A stretch of DNA of 47,897 bases, taken from positions 1-47,897 of the IMG/VR virus record IMGVR_UViG_3300030207_001921. One strand, 5' to 3'. The position numbers and the translations under genes were made by a program. Shown piece by piece: positions 16,778 to 28,094 of this stretch (position 1 is the stretch's first letter; each line of letters begins with the position of its first letter). Below the pieces are notes generated by a model. The model had not been told where the DNA came from. It saw only the letters and a program-made list of their open reading frames with translations, and ran no database searches. Origin of the DNA: a virus (taxonomy: Duplodnaviria; Caudoviricetes).

Positions 16778-19700
16778 TTAAACTAACGGTGAAGAGCCGA
16801 GAAGATAATCTGACCTAATTTGTGGGTCTTTTGCTAGTTCAGAGCCTCTTATTGGTGATATTTCTGGTAATTCTATCGAGGCTGTTGGTACATCCCTAAT
16901 TAATTCTTTACCTCGTCTTTCTAAGTCTGGTAAAACTGCACCAGCTTCGTCTATTAATTGTTCATCAAGATCTGTGCCTTCTAATTGTTTTTTTAGTTCT
17001 TCTTCTACATAATCATTTACATCACCAGCAAGACTTGCTATACCTCTAACTGCTGATAGTCTGAACGCTCTATCAAAATATTCTAGAACCTCTACTACTG
17101 ATGATTTATCTGTTTTAGCCATAGCTTTTAAAAATCTAGGACTCATAAAAACTCTTCTCAAAACTTCAGCACCAACTATAGTAGGCCACAAAGCTGGATT
17201 ATATGCATTAATAGCTATAGCAGCAGCAATAAGTGTACCAGATGTTCCACCAGTTCCTCTTTCTCCTTTAGTCATGACATCCAATGCCCTAGAGTAATCT
17301 CTAAGTCCTTGTTGTATTTCTTTGCCAAACATAGCTTCCAAAGTTTCATCACCATAACTGTCTAATGTTGTTTTAAATTTGTTTGCATTTAATATTTTTG
17401 TAATATCTGCTGATTTGGTCGGTCCATCAAAGTCAATAGCTTTTCGTAGAAGTCTAGTCATAGCATTAGCTTGAAGAGCTTTGAAATCATCTGAACCCTC
17501 GCCTAATGCCTGTCTTATTACTTTGATGTTAGAAGAGCCTTGTGGTGTAAATATTTTACCAATCAATTCTTCATTTGTTGCTTCTGGCAACTTGTTTAAA
17601 ATTAAATTAGCTTCAAACTTTTGTTTTTCTGCGGATGCTTCTGCCAGATCAGATAACCCTCGTAAAAATTGTTGTCCAGGTTGTGTTGCACCTAAACCTA
17701 CGACTTCTTGTCCCTCTCTTGGTTTATTAAATTGTAAAATTAATTTTTCAACTTCATCTGCTTTGACTTTTGGGCCTAATTTATTTAATTGTTCTATGGT
17801 TCTTATAAAATTATCTGAGTTTTGACCAAACACTATGGATGCTTTATTAGGAAACTTTTTATAAAATTTTGATATTTCATTTGCAAATACATCAAATCGC
17901 ATAACATCTGTGCCAAAACTTGTAGCCTCTCTATAAGCATCATTTAGAATTCTTTGTGTAATATATTTTTTTACCTCATTACTTTTGTTTGTTCTACCTT
18001 TTACGAGGGTGCCATAGTTGTCATAGTTATCTAGAGCATCAAAAAAAGCTCTTAAATCGGCACTATCCCCATCTAAAATAAGATTTTTATAAATATTTTC
18101 TGGGTCGTAGGCACCAAAAGCTGCTTCATTTTGTGCTTTAACTATACGTTGTTTATCAAAAGGTTTTAGCACCTTTGCCGCAAATTCATTTGCCTCTACT
18201 AAATCTTCTACTCCTTTTTTCACTCTAGCAGAATCAACATCAAACAATTCTCTGACTGCTGCGAGTCGGCTTACTGCATCTGTTCTTTGCTTAAATCCTT
18301 TACTTAGACCTTTAACTGCTGTTAGTCTTGGATCAGCAAAAGCCTTAAATATATCTTGGTAATCTGTTTTCATATTGTGCATGATTTTGGTCATAGTGTT
18401 TGTTTGTGTAAAAGATTTGACTTCTTCAGCAATAGTGCTTAACTCTCTTCGTAAGTTTTCCAAACTGAATGGCAAAATTTCCATGTCAGCAAAATTTTCT
18501 AGGGTCACCCCAACCCTTTGATTTGCAGGAGTCAACTCTAGGAAATTTTTATAAGCATTATCAAATGCAGGACCCTCATCTCCAAAATAATCTCTAATTG
18601 TTTTGAGTGGTCTGCCTGCGTCTGCAAATGCTTGTACCTCATCTGGCGTTGCTTGTGTAATGTTTAAAGCTCTTCGTCTTAGTCTATTGTTTATTTGTTC
18701 TAAATATGCAATGGGAGCAGTTTTTAATTTAGCAACTTCACCTAATTCTGGTCTAACTGCAAGTTGTGGTTCTTTTGCACCATACCTTGACAGCATACCT
18801 TTTGTTTTTTGAAAAAATACATCAGCCAATTCTCCTAATTTAATAGCAGTAATTGGATCTTCTAATTGAAAAAAAATGTCATCGACATTTGTATATTTTA
18901 TTTGCATAGCGTTAGTTACACCGTCTCTAGCCTCTTGCAAAGCACCTCTAATTAAGGCACCGCCTTCTAGATTGCCACCCGGACCATATTGAATACCCTC
19001 ATCTACCATAGCGTCCATAGTATCGTCAATTAATTTTTCTAGTTTGTTTATGACTTTACCTTCTTGGCTACTTAATTCTGTTTTCATCTCAGCTATCTTT
19101 CTGGCTACTGCTCCTCTTTCACGAGCAGATACCCCTAACTCTCTAAACCTTTTTAGAAATTCTTTAAGTTTTACTTGTTGCATGTTGACTAGCCCTAAAT
19201 CTTCATACAGAGATGCCATACCTCTAAGAGCAAATTTTACGTTTGGCAGATTTCTAGCATTACCTAATATCTCCTCAGTCATAGCTTGGGCTCTACCCGG
19301 TAACGGTCTTTCAAATGCTTTCTGTGACGGTAGAAGACCTTCTTTAAATTTTCTTATCCTAACACCTTGAATAGGTTCTGTAGTTGCTCTCTTTAATTCA
19401 GCGTCTGTAGCTTCTCTACCCAAAACCCTATTTAACTTCATAACATCTATTGGGTTATATTGTTGTATCATAGCTCTTTGTAAATGTAGATCATCAAAAG
19501 GAGCTTTTTTACCTAACATAATTTGATAACCAGTTCCTAAGATTTCACCTACGGCTTGACCAGTACCTCCCAAAGCAAACTCAAACCCTAATAATTGTGC
19601 AATATCTTTAGCATCTTGTTCTTGAAAACCTTCTAATGCATCAACGACTTCTTCACCTGCTTTACCCCCCGCAGTTCCTATGCCAGCTGCAATCGTTCTT

Positions 19701-20227
19701 TGATAACGAGGTCCAAAAACTTTTTGATATTTAGCTAGAGTTTTAAGTAATCTTCCTTGAGGGGCCAATGCTGCGATAGCGCCAAATATAGGTCCAGCAG
19801 CACCAGAAAAATCTGCAATATCACGAATACCAAAACTGTTCTCGTCTATCACTAAATTCTTCTCTACAGTTTCACCATTTTCTAAGGTAATGAAACTTGG
19901 TTTGATGCCTAGTGATCTTTGTCCATCTGGTGTCAAAGCCATTTGACCACGACTGTTATATAAAAAACCACTATCTCCTACATAATTTGTAGCAACTTTT
20001 TCTCTTTCTTCAAAGGTTTCTGCTCGTCCTAATCTTTGTCTGAAAAAGGCATCTTGAACACCAGTTTCATAATCGAATAAGACATCATCTAGATATGATT
20101 GTCCAGCTTGTTTAACTAATTGTGTATTTATATCTCTACGAACTTTTTCTCTAGCTGTAGACTCATCTGGTGCATCTACTAAGACACTTTCACCAGAATC
20201 TCCAACGGTAACTCTGTATCTAGGCAT
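16778..20227 (-). CDS. Large putative internal virion/DNA-ejection protein (1149 aa)
   Basis: Size, helical character and position at the end of the late operon. Confidence 0.55.
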   Translation of the reverse strand: MPRYRVTVGDSGESVLVDAPDESTAREKVRRDINTQLVKQAGQSYLDDVLFDYETGVQDAFFRQRLGRAETFEEREKVATNYVGDSGFLYNSRGQMALTPDGQRSLGIKPSFITLENGETVEKNLVIDENSFGIRDIADFSGAAGPIFGAIAALAPQGRLLKTLAKYQKVFGPRYQRTIAAGIGTAGGKAGEEVVDALEGFQEQDAKDIAQLLGFEFALGGTGQAVGEILGTGYQIMLGKKAPFDDLHLQRAMIQQYNPIDVMKLNRVLGREATDAELKRATTEPIQGVRIRKFKEGLLPSQKAFERPLPGRAQAMTEEILGNARNLPNVKFALRGMASLYEDLGLVNMQQVKLKEFLKRFRELGVSARERGAVARKIAEMKTELSSQEGKVINKLEKLIDDTMDAMVDEGIQYGPGGNLEGGALIRGALQEARDGVTNAMQIKYTNVDDIFFQLEDPITAIKLGELADVFFQKTKGMLSRYGAKEPQLAVRPELGEVAKLKTAPIAYLEQINNRLRRRALNITQATPDEVQAFADAGRPLKTIRDYFGDEGPAFDNAYKNFLELTPANQRVGVTLENFADMEILPFSLENLRRELSTIAEEVKSFTQTNTMTKIMHNMKTDYQDIFKAFADPRLTAVKGLSKGFKQRTDAVSRLAAVRELFDVDSARVKKGVEDLVEANEFAAKVLKPFDKQRIVKAQNEAAFGAYDPENIYKNLILDGDSADLRAFFDALDNYDNYGTLVKGRTNKSNEVKKYITQRILNDAYREATSFGTDVMRFDVFANEISKFYKKFPNKASIVFGQNSDNFIRTIEQLNKLGPKVKADEVEKLILQFNKPREGQEVVGLGATQPGQQFLRGLSDLAEASAEKQKFEANLILNKLPEATNEELIGKIFTPQGSSNIKVIRQALGEGSDDFKALQANAMTRLLRKAIDFDGPTKSADITKILNANKFKTTLDSYGDETLEAMFGKEIQQGLRDYSRALDVMTKGERGTGGTSGTLIAAAIAINAYNPALWPTIVGAEVLRRVFMSPRFLKAMAKTDKSSVVEVLEYFDRAFRLSAVRGIASLAGDVNDYVEEELKKQLEGTDLDEQLIDEAGAVLPDLERRGKELIRDVPTASIELPEISPIRGSELAKDPQIRSDYLLGSSPLV

Positions 20228-22143
20228 TATTCGTCCTCTTCGTCATCTGCGACTTGTGTGACTGTGCCTGGTGTTGCTAATGGTATTTCTGTAACTCCTT
20301 GATTTCTTGTTCCACCATCATCTGGGTCATAATTTAAATTTGCAACAAAATCTTTGGCAGATTGTTCGTCATTAAGAATGACTAATTGTTGCACAATATC
20401 TGAGTTTAGTTTTTGTACCAAACTTGGTTGTCTAACATTAGCAAAATATCTTAGATTTGCTACTGTACTTCCACCAGTAGCACTCAAATCTTCTGTTAAT
20501 CTATCTCTTATATTTCTAAGCTGTGCTAAAAGAGCACCTTGTGATGTAAATGCATTAAGGTCACCAAATATTTGTGCGACTATTTCTCTATCCAAGTTTG
20601 ATATAGTTCTACCAGACTCTCCTAACAGATTTTTTACCTCTTCATTTCTAAGCGCCCTAACAATTAAATCCACCCTAGTTAGTGCAGGTAGATCCTCAAA
20701 TTTTGTTGCACCCGCACCACCAAGAGCTTTTGCTTGTTCTATAAAGTTTGCAATAGCACCTTTCGCACCAAAAGCCTCTTTTGCAGCAGGCTCACTCTCT
20801 AATAAATTTATTGTGTAATTCAATCTGGCTAAGTTTCTTTCACTAGATTTGAAATTCTTAATATTAGTATTTAAAGACTCTTCCATCTCACTTACTGATT
20901 CAGCTAATTTATAATCCATAGGTTCTGTTTGAATGCCTTTAGCAGCTCTTATAGCTGCATTAACACCAGCTTGTCCAACACTACCAGTTTTGCCAGCTTC
21001 TTCAGCAAAAAGTTTAAGAAAATTTAAAAATTGCGGACTACTTAAAAAAGCAGATCTTGATGGTCTAGGTATTTTTACTTCAGATTTAGTTTTGTCGTCT
21101 TTTTCTCTAATACTATAGCTGACACCTCTGTATTCAAAAGATGTGGCTGACTCACCCAAAACTCTTTTTGCTTCCTCTCTTGCCTCTTCAACAGTATTAA
21201 AAGCATCAAAAGGTCCACCTAGTTTAGTATCTAAATCACCAACATTAACACCTTGTGCTTTTAACTCTTTAATCTTTGCTCTAGCTAAATCTTTTTGTTT
21301 TTGTGAGGCATTTGGATCATTTAATATTTTTTCTAATGCTAAGATTTGGTTATCTGGGGTAACATCTTCTAAAAATTCTTTAGTTTCTATATCAGAAATA
21401 GCAGAACCAATTACAGCAGGCGCAGTAAAACCATATGTTAGTGCTTGTGCGGGTTGTATTTGGAATGGTATTTTACCAGTTACTCCCTTACCAAAACCCT
21501 GAAAAAAAGGTAGTTGTGACCCAGGTGGTGTTTTGCCAATTATTTCAGCAAATTTATTTTCTGGAATAAATTGTGTCTTTGGATCAAAGTTTTTGTTATT
21601 TATAATAGCTTGGCCTTGTGGACTATTAACATCATATGTTTTAGGAGCATCTTTTTTTGGCTTACCTAACGGAGTTTTAAAAGATTTTGTTACATCTTTT
21701 TTAGCAATAACTCTACCAGATTGTGTAACAACTGGAGAGAGCAAACGCCCCGCACCACTTACCAAAGACCCCACACCTTTACCTATTGCCTCAAATCTTT
21801 TACCAAAAAATGGAATACTACCTGCAACGGCAGCGGCACCAGTAATACCAGCTCCAAGTCCTGTTACCAAATCTCCAAACTGTTGTCTTTCTCCTACTCT
21901 AGCAGCTTCGACAGGATCTCCAGTAGGTGATAATGTTAAATCTATAGGTTTTTTACTTATTTCATTACCTGATACATCCCTTCGCACTACAAAAAATTGT
22001 TCTTTGCCATCTACACCAACTTGTCTTTCTATATTTTCGGTACCAGCTGGAGTTGGAACATTAAATCCTCTAGTAACAGGCTTACTTGTAATAACATTTG
22101 CAGGACCACCTTCTTGAAACATTCTTCTTTTAAAGACATTCAC
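20227..22143 (-). CDS. Putative internal virion/ejection protein (638 aa)
   Basis: Position; Gly/Ala-rich hydrophobic stretch. Confidence 0.5.
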   Translation of the reverse strand: MNVFKRRMFQEGGPANVITSKPVTRGFNVPTPAGTENIERQVGVDGKEQFFVVRRDVSGNEISKKPIDLTLSPTGDPVEAARVGERQQFGDLVTGLGAGITGAAAVAGSIPFFGKRFEAIGKGVGSLVSGAGRLLSPVVTQSGRVIAKKDVTKSFKTPLGKPKKDAPKTYDVNSPQGQAIINNKNFDPKTQFIPENKFAEIIGKTPPGSQLPFFQGFGKGVTGKIPFQIQPAQALTYGFTAPAVIGSAISDIETKEFLEDVTPDNQILALEKILNDPNASQKQKDLARAKIKELKAQGVNVGDLDTKLGGPFDAFNTVEEAREEAKRVLGESATSFEYRGVSYSIREKDDKTKSEVKIPRPSRSAFLSSPQFLNFLKLFAEEAGKTGSVGQAGVNAAIRAAKGIQTEPMDYKLAESVSEMEESLNTNIKNFKSSERNLARLNYTINLLESEPAAKEAFGAKGAIANFIEQAKALGGAGATKFEDLPALTRVDLIVRALRNEEVKNLLGESGRTISNLDREIVAQIFGDLNAFTSQGALLAQLRNIRDRLTEDLSATGGSTVANLRYFANVRQPSLVQKLNSDIVQQLVILNDEQSAKDFVANLNYDPDDGGTRNQGVTEIPLATPGTVTQVADDEEDE

Positions 22144-22148
22144 TATTA

Positions 22149-23432
22149 TTACCCCTGCGGTTGTTGTTGTTGATAAGGATTTTTAAATGATGTATAAGCT
22201 CCAAGACCAGCTGCTAATCCACCAGCTACTGGATCTCTTGGTAATCTATATTGTGTGTCAACTCTTTGGAAACCACCAGTAAATTTAGGCAGTAACGCAC
22301 CAGCAGCACCTAATACTTTTAACGGTCTATCTAACGCATCTTGTTGTTGTTTGAATTGTGCTGATAGCCTGTCTTGTGCTATTCGTCTTTGCTGACCACC
22401 CAAATTCATAAGTTCAGACCTTTCTAATCTACCTAGAGCTTGTTGCTCACGACCAAGTGCCCCAAAGTCTTTACCTAGACCTACAAGTGATCTTGTAATA
22501 TCTCTACTTAAATCTGTTTTTCGACCACCTAATCCTAGTAAATCACTTGCTAATGTCCTTCGAGCGCCAGATACATCTCTACCAAGACCAGCTTCAAATG
22601 ACGCTGCTCTCTCCAATCCACCTCTTTGAAATTGTGACTCTGCTTGTGCTTGTCTCATAGCTTCAGAAAAGCCTCCAGACCTTATGCCAGCTAGTGCTTC
22701 ACCTAACCCTCTTCCAAGAGCTCTCTGTCTGTCGGCAGCTGTTAGTCTAGCTCTAGATCCAAAGGCTGATTCACCACCAGTTTTTATATCTGCGGCTCTT
22801 TGTTCAATATCTCTCATTTCACCTGCTCGTAATACATCATCTATTGTTCTTTGTACTACTTGCTCTTCAAAAGGGTTGAAAAATGCTTGTGCTGATCTTG
22901 GGTCAAAACCAGTCAGACTAGCTCTTTGAAAGTCTCTAGCTGAAGGTCCCATTTGCCCAAAAGAAGATAAAAGCCCACTTAAACCAGAACCAAGTTGTGT
23001 TTCTGCTTGTTGAAAATACGGATCCATTATGGCTCCAGCTTGTTGTTCTCTTGCTATAGCATCTTGTATAGACTTTTGTGTTTCATCTAGAAATGGTTGG
23101 AATCCACCAATACCACTTACAGCACTATCTAAAGCTCTTTGTTCTGCATCTGATAAATCTGCAAATTGTTGTACTGGAACATCTTGACCTAAACTTCGTT
23201 GTGTAGCTTTTTGTACTTGTGATAAGAAACCAGGAGTATCTTCAGAACCAAAATATAACTGCCTAAGTAAAGGATCAGCCATATAATCTATTGCATCTTG
23301 TTGTGCAATAACTGGCTCTATTTTGGCTTGGTCAATAACTTCTGTACCTAGTTGTGGAAAGCCACTCATATCCGTTGTTTGAACTGTATAATCGTTCATA
23401 TCTACTAAACCCATACCACCTGGTTGTGACAT
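22149..23432 (-). CDS. Putative DNA pilot/ejection protein (427 aa)
   Basis: Gln/Ala/Gly-rich; FFNPFEEQVV and AFGSRA motifs; C-terminal GGLAAGLG. Confidence 0.55.
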   Translation of the reverse strand: MSQPGGMGLVDMNDYTVQTTDMSGFPQLGTEVIDQAKIEPVIAQQDAIDYMADPLLRQLYFGSEDTPGFLSQVQKATQRSLGQDVPVQQFADLSDAEQRALDSAVSGIGGFQPFLDETQKSIQDAIAREQQAGAIMDPYFQQAETQLGSGLSGLLSSFGQMGPSARDFQRASLTGFDPRSAQAFFNPFEEQVVQRTIDDVLRAGEMRDIEQRAADIKTGGESAFGSRARLTAADRQRALGRGLGEALAGIRSGGFSEAMRQAQAESQFQRGGLERAASFEAGLGRDVSGARRTLASDLLGLGGRKTDLSRDITRSLVGLGKDFGALGREQQALGRLERSELMNLGGQQRRIAQDRLSAQFKQQQDALDRPLKVLGAAGALLPKFTGGFQRVDTQYRLPRDPVAGGLAAGLGAYTSFKNPYQQQQPQG

Positions 23433-24868
23433 TATGCTACTCCTTCAAAAAATCTCATTAACTTCATCATGTTTTTTGCACCTCTTTGTCTATCTGGCTC
23501 CAACTCTGGTGCTATTTCCATAATACCACCCTTTTTCTTTTTTATCTTCACTCCACCTGCACCTAAATTAGCTTTTGCTGTCATAACAAATTCACCATCT
23601 GATAGCATAGCTGGTATATCGTCTGAGGTGCCAGTACCAGGTCCAATAGATTCGCCACCCTCTCTCATATCTAACACTTTACCACCTTCGGCATAATCTG
23701 ATTCACCAACTACAGAACCACCTTTTGCAAATGCAGCTAAACCACCCTTAGCAAAATCTACATTAAATCCAGCTGAATATGGAGTTTGTATTCTCATATC
23801 TGGTCTTATTGTTGTTCTAATATCTCTTAACCCACCAGCTTCTCTTTCTAACTGTCTTTGTACGGCTTTACCATAAGCAGTAGACAAAGCTAATAATCTA
23901 GGATCAAGACCACCTTTAGATGGGTCAAATGCGTCTTTTGCAGAACCAAAGATACCACCTCCACCAGGGTCAAAACCTAACAAATCGTCTAAAATTCTTC
24001 TTTGAAAGAAAGATCTTTTATCAATACCTTTTTCTGGGTCATATACACTTGGATCTAAACCAAAAAAACTACCTATACCCGAGAGAGCCCTTTGGAAAAT
24101 ATTTTTTTTGGCCTCTTCCTCTACTACTTCTTTTGCTCCTTCTTTAAGAACTTCTTTTCCAACTTCTTTTACCACATCATCTCCTGTTACTTGTGTAGCA
24201 TCTTTTAAAGAGTTCAAGAGCTCATCCGAGCTAACAGTTTCAGTTCCAGTAACGCCTGTGCCAGTATCTGTACCAGTAACTTCTGTACCAGTTTCACCAC
24301 CAGTACCTACAGCTTCTGTCTCCCCTCCACCAAATTTACTTCTAAAAAAGTCTCTAGCTCTACCTCCAAACTTTGTACCAGTACCAGAGGCATCTGCTGT
24401 TAATTGCCCGTCTTTGAATCCTATATTTGTAAATGCATATGCTTGACCTAAATTTCTTACTAATGCCATAAAATCTTGATCGCCTTGTGCTACGTTAATT
24501 GCTACACGACCTGTATCGTATACTTGTGCTGGTAACTGCCAAGGCCCAGGGATAAACTTTGCTACTTTAGCAATTTTGTTAACTATAGGTTTTACTTTTT
24601 TGTTCCAATATCTACCTATTTTTTTACTTAGTTTTTTAAGAAAAAATTCTGGTAAACCAGTTTCTGGATTGATTGATACCATATCAGAACCTACCATTAA
24701 CTCTGTTAATTGTGTATCGTCTTTTTCTAATATATTCTGTATGGATTTTTTGATTGTTGGATTTTCTTCTAGAAAATTGGGTGGTAATACAACTTCACCT
24801 ACAGTTAAGTGAGCTAACTCTGTATCTCCAAATCTGCCTTTATTTTTTAAACTTTCTATACCTTGCAT
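23432..24868 (-). CDS. Putative virion protein (478 aa)
   Basis: GRFGDTELAH, INPETGLPEF and GPGTGTSDDIPAMLSDGEFV motifs. Confidence 0.6.
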   Translation of the reverse strand: MQGIESLKNKGRFGDTELAHLTVGEVVLPPNFLEENPTIKKSIQNILEKDDTQLTELMVGSDMVSINPETGLPEFFLKKLSKKIGRYWNKKVKPIVNKIAKVAKFIPGPWQLPAQVYDTGRVAINVAQGDQDFMALVRNLGQAYAFTNIGFKDGQLTADASGTGTKFGGRARDFFRSKFGGGETEAVGTGGETGTEVTGTDTGTGVTGTETVSSDELLNSLKDATQVTGDDVVKEVGKEVLKEGAKEVVEEEAKKNIFQRALSGIGSFFGLDPSVYDPEKGIDKRSFFQRRILDDLLGFDPGGGGIFGSAKDAFDPSKGGLDPRLLALSTAYGKAVQRQLEREAGGLRDIRTTIRPDMRIQTPYSAGFNVDFAKGGLAAFAKGGSVVGESDYAEGGKVLDMREGGESIGPGTGTSDDIPAMLSDGEFVMTAKANLGAGGVKIKKKKGGIMEIAPELEPDRQRGAKNMMKLMRFFEGVA

Positions 24869-24869
24869 A

Positions 24870-25181
24870 TTATGTAATTGTAACCGTTACACTTCCAAGC
24901 GAACTTGTCGCACTCAAACCACTAACATACGTTCTATGTGATGTTAGATCAATAAATTCTGTCCCGTCAAAAACTTGCAATACCTCTGTAGTCGTATTGA
25001 ATATGAGCGTGCCTCGTTGAAAGTTCAACTTATCACGTTGTGTTGTAGTTAATTGTATCGTATTTAGTGGGTCAAAACTACCCAAATTGATTTCTAATAT
25101 ACGGACTAATCTGTTGAAAGTTTCGGAATCTACAGTATCACCAGAAGAAATTGGTAATCTTGTTGGTAAAAGTTTTGCCAT
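24870..25181 (-). CDS. Virion structural protein (103 aa)
   Basis: LTTTQRD...GTLIFNTTT..LQVFDG motif common in tail proteins. Confidence 0.65.
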   Translation of the reverse strand: MAKLLPTRLPISSGDTVDSETFNRLVRILEINLGSFDPLNTIQLTTTQRDKLNFQRGTLIFNTTTEVLQVFDGTEFIDLTSHRTYVSGLSATSSLGSVTVTIT

Positions 25182-27242
25182 TTATCTTCTGCCGTCTGTT
25201 CTAAGGTCTAATCTAGTTGCACCTAATCTCCATCCTATATCTAAATTTCCTGCATCTCCATCATTAGATGCCACCCTTAAAACAGCTTGTCTACCTCTAC
25301 CTCTGATAAAATTTTGTTGTGTAGTAGGGGTTACATTAGAAGTAGCTACTGTAGATAATGAGTCTCCTGGGAAATTCCTTACTTTAGTCACTAAGTTGAG
25401 ATTACCAGTATTTGTTAAGAATTTAATATCTGGTATTAGTTTTTTCAAAAATGTGAAACTATCACCATCACCCAAATCAAAGTCCGAAGATTCAATAAAG
25501 ACATTTGTCATTTCACTACCATCATCATTAAAACCAAATTCATGCTCAAACAAACTGTTACTACCTACTGCTTGAGGAAACGGCTCTACACCAGAGTCTA
25601 ACCAAACGGTTCTTACTAATTCACCATAATACCAAACTTGCTCTTCGTAGTTATATATCACATATCTATCTATTTCTTGTGAATTTTCGGATGGATAAAA
25701 CCAGCCTATTTCGTTTTCTTTGGTATTTGTAAAAGCACTTACTTTAAATGCTTGGCTACTGTTAAAATTAGAAAATACAAAATTTAACACACTACAAGGC
25801 ACTTTTTGTACTGAACCGTTATACACATAAAAATTATCGTAAGACATAAAAAATATACCTTGTGGAGCAGTAACGGCTGCATTAGGACCTACTAAGCCAG
25901 TAGCCTCATTTATAAGATTTACTGAAAAAGTAAAAGGTGGTCCAGTAAATTGCATACTGTATACAGAAGTATCAGTAAAAATTACTATTTCTTGTCTTGA
26001 TTTGACTGCTCCTATAATGGTTGATCCAGAAGAAAGTCTTAAAGAACCAGCAGTATTATCTATTTTTGGCTCAAATTCTAATTCGTTTTCTTGGTCTGAA
26101 AAAGCTATCAACATAGGGTCTAATGTCCCAGTTCTTGCAGTACCTGCAGTATTTAACGGGTCTGAACCTAATACTATTAAATGTCTGTCTATTTCAGAAG
26201 TAATTACTTGTAATGCTTTGGTAGGCACTAAGTTGGCTCCAGATATACCAGATAATTCTACTGCTCTAGTGCTAAGACCGTCATTTTCTGCCCATCTGTA
26301 AATACTACTACCCCTTGGATTAATTATAAGATTTTCACCAAAATTATCGTGCGACCATAATCTTAGTTGGTTTGTTGTTTCTAGTGTAGCAACAGAGCCC
26401 CATCCTCCGTCACCCCAAGCGTTTGCACCCCAACCAGTTGATGAAACATAAAAATCTAAGCCTACATTTATTTGATAGGCACCTACCACACTAGAACCAC
26501 CATTACCAGAGTCAGAAGAATTAGCAAAAACTGTATTACCAGAACTGTCTTTTGCATTTATTGTAAAAGAGTTTGCATTAACTATATTTTGTATTTGATA
26601 TTCTTGATTAAGTACGGCAGCAACTATATTGCCACCCAAAGAAGCAGCCCCACTAAAAGTTACAAAATCATTTTTTACTGCCCCATGTGCGGTATCTGTA
26701 GCTGTTATAGTCCCGCATAAAACAGAGTCAGAGGAACTATGAGAGGCTGCTGTAGTGTTCTCAACACCTCTTGTTAATCCTTTTAATACATTACCCTCTA
26801 CTATTTCGTATGTAATTATTTCATTATTAATTTTTATTATTCCTGAACTTGGGAAACTAGAAGAACTAGATAAAGTTAATTCTGTGACAGTAGCCGATAT
26901 GCCACTACTCAAAGTATTTGCTACTGCATCAAATGTTACATCACCAGCAGAAGTTGTTGATCTTATCGGTGTAACATCATTTAAAGATGTGCCTTCTTTT
27001 ATTAAATATTTTAAGTGTGTGCCTATGCCTAAATATTTACTACCCTCTAAAGCTATCCAATTATGCAAAGCTCTAGCAGTACCAGTTATTGAAGAGCTTG
27101 TAGTTTTTCTCCACCCAGCAAATTTTTCTGGTCTACCAGACCTAAATCTAATTAAATTACAATCAAACCAACCACCCTCATTATCGTAGGCAGTACCTTC
27201 TCTATTTATACCTGGTCTAAATTGTAGTTTTTGTAACGGCAT
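25182..27242 (-). CDS. Tail/head-closure (packaged DNA stabilization-like) protein
   Basis: 686 aa beta-rich; position upstream of the ejection genes in podovirus gene order. Confidence 0.6.
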   Translation of the reverse strand: MPLQKLQFRPGINREGTAYDNEGGWFDCNLIRFRSGRPEKFAGWRKTTSSSITGTARALHNWIALEGSKYLGIGTHLKYLIKEGTSLNDVTPIRSTTSAGDVTFDAVANTLSSGISATVTELTLSSSSSFPSSGIIKINNEIITYEIVEGNVLKGLTRGVENTTAASHSSSDSVLCGTITATDTAHGAVKNDFVTFSGAASLGGNIVAAVLNQEYQIQNIVNANSFTINAKDSSGNTVFANSSDSGNGGSSVVGAYQINVGLDFYVSSTGWGANAWGDGGWGSVATLETTNQLRLWSHDNFGENLIINPRGSSIYRWAENDGLSTRAVELSGISGANLVPTKALQVITSEIDRHLIVLGSDPLNTAGTARTGTLDPMLIAFSDQENELEFEPKIDNTAGSLRLSSGSTIIGAVKSRQEIVIFTDTSVYSMQFTGPPFTFSVNLINEATGLVGPNAAVTAPQGIFFMSYDNFYVYNGSVQKVPCSVLNFVFSNFNSSQAFKVSAFTNTKENEIGWFYPSENSQEIDRYVIYNYEEQVWYYGELVRTVWLDSGVEPFPQAVGSNSLFEHEFGFNDDGSEMTNVFIESSDFDLGDGDSFTFLKKLIPDIKFLTNTGNLNLVTKVRNFPGDSLSTVATSNVTPTTQQNFIRGRGRQAVLRVASNDGDAGNLDIGWRLGATRLDLRTDGRR

Positions 27243-27654
27243 TTTTTATCTCATCTACTATTGTAATAGATCTCCTTAAAGTTTTTAAAGGGTCTATATC
27301 TTCTAAATATTCTACCTTTTTCTGATACTTATTTCCTATTTTATAATTAGCCACAAATTCAACAACATTATCTGGCAAATAAACAAAAGCAAAAATATCA
27401 ACTTCTTCAGCACTATAATTTTTTTTTGTTTTATTTACCTTTTTCTTAATATCCCACCTAACATATGTAGAACTATGATGTTTAAAGGGCGATTCTGTTG
27501 TTTTGACTTGTATTTTGTATGATTCAGTAAGAGATTGTGCTAAATAATCATATCTTGAGCTAGAAGAGGCTTCAAAAACTTCTTCAAAGTGGCGTATTAG
27601 AAAACTAGCTGCAAGATATTCTCCTGCTCTGCCTATTCTTTGAGTAAAAGCCAT
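27217..27654 (-). CDS. Free-standing PD-(D/E)XK endonuclease
   Basis: GRAGEYLAA...YD...KIQVKTT...DIFAFV. Confidence 0.75.
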   Translation of the reverse strand: MAFTQRIGRAGEYLAASFLIRHFEEVFEASSSSRYDYLAQSLTESYKIQVKTTESPFKHHSSTYVRWDIKKKVNKTKKNYSAEEVDIFAFVYLPDNVVEFVANYKIGNKYQKKVEYLEDIDPLKTLRRSITIVDEIKNAVTKTTI

Positions 27655-27705
27655 GCTTTTCTCCACTATAAATATTAATTATATTAGCCATAAACAATAT
27701 TTATA

Positions 27706-27927
27706 TTAAGATAAGTTGTTCCTAATAATTAAAGTAATAATGCTTGTTATTAAAATACCTAGTAAACCAATAATTGATTTATTGCCAGCATCAAGTTTGC
27801 TTCTTATTTCTTTAACATCTGTATCTATCTCTTCAAACTTACCGAAAGCAGTTTTCCAACGCTCTGAGCATTCTTTTTCGTGAACAGCAAGTTCTAAATG
27901 TACGTCTGCAGCCGTTTTTCTAGACAT
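27706..27927 (-). CDS. Small coiled-coil protein with a C-terminal TM segment
   Basis: HEKECSERW, then a hydrophobic tail. Confidence 0.7.
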   Translation of the reverse strand: MSRKTAADVHLELAVHEKECSERWKTAFGKFEEIDTDVKEIRSKLDAGNKSIIGLLGILITSIITLIIRNNLS

Positions 27928-28094
27928 TATTTTTTCACTTTCCAATTTAAAGCTATCAGATCGAGATAGCCATATAATTTACTGATCCATTTATCGTCTC
28001 TTTCACTTGGTGTTAGTGTGGCTAAGACGGATGCCAAACTTACTACAATCGATAAAGATATTAATAAGTCACTTATCCAATTTAATAAAAACAT
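27927..28094 (-). CDS. Small membrane protein (55 aa), not in ORF track
   Basis: Read by hand: ...IVVSLASVLATLTPSERDDKWISKLY...; TAATG coupling at both ends. Confidence 0.65.
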   Translation of the reverse strand: MFLLNWISDLLISLSIVVSLASVLATLTPSERDDKWISKLYGYLDLIALNWKVKK

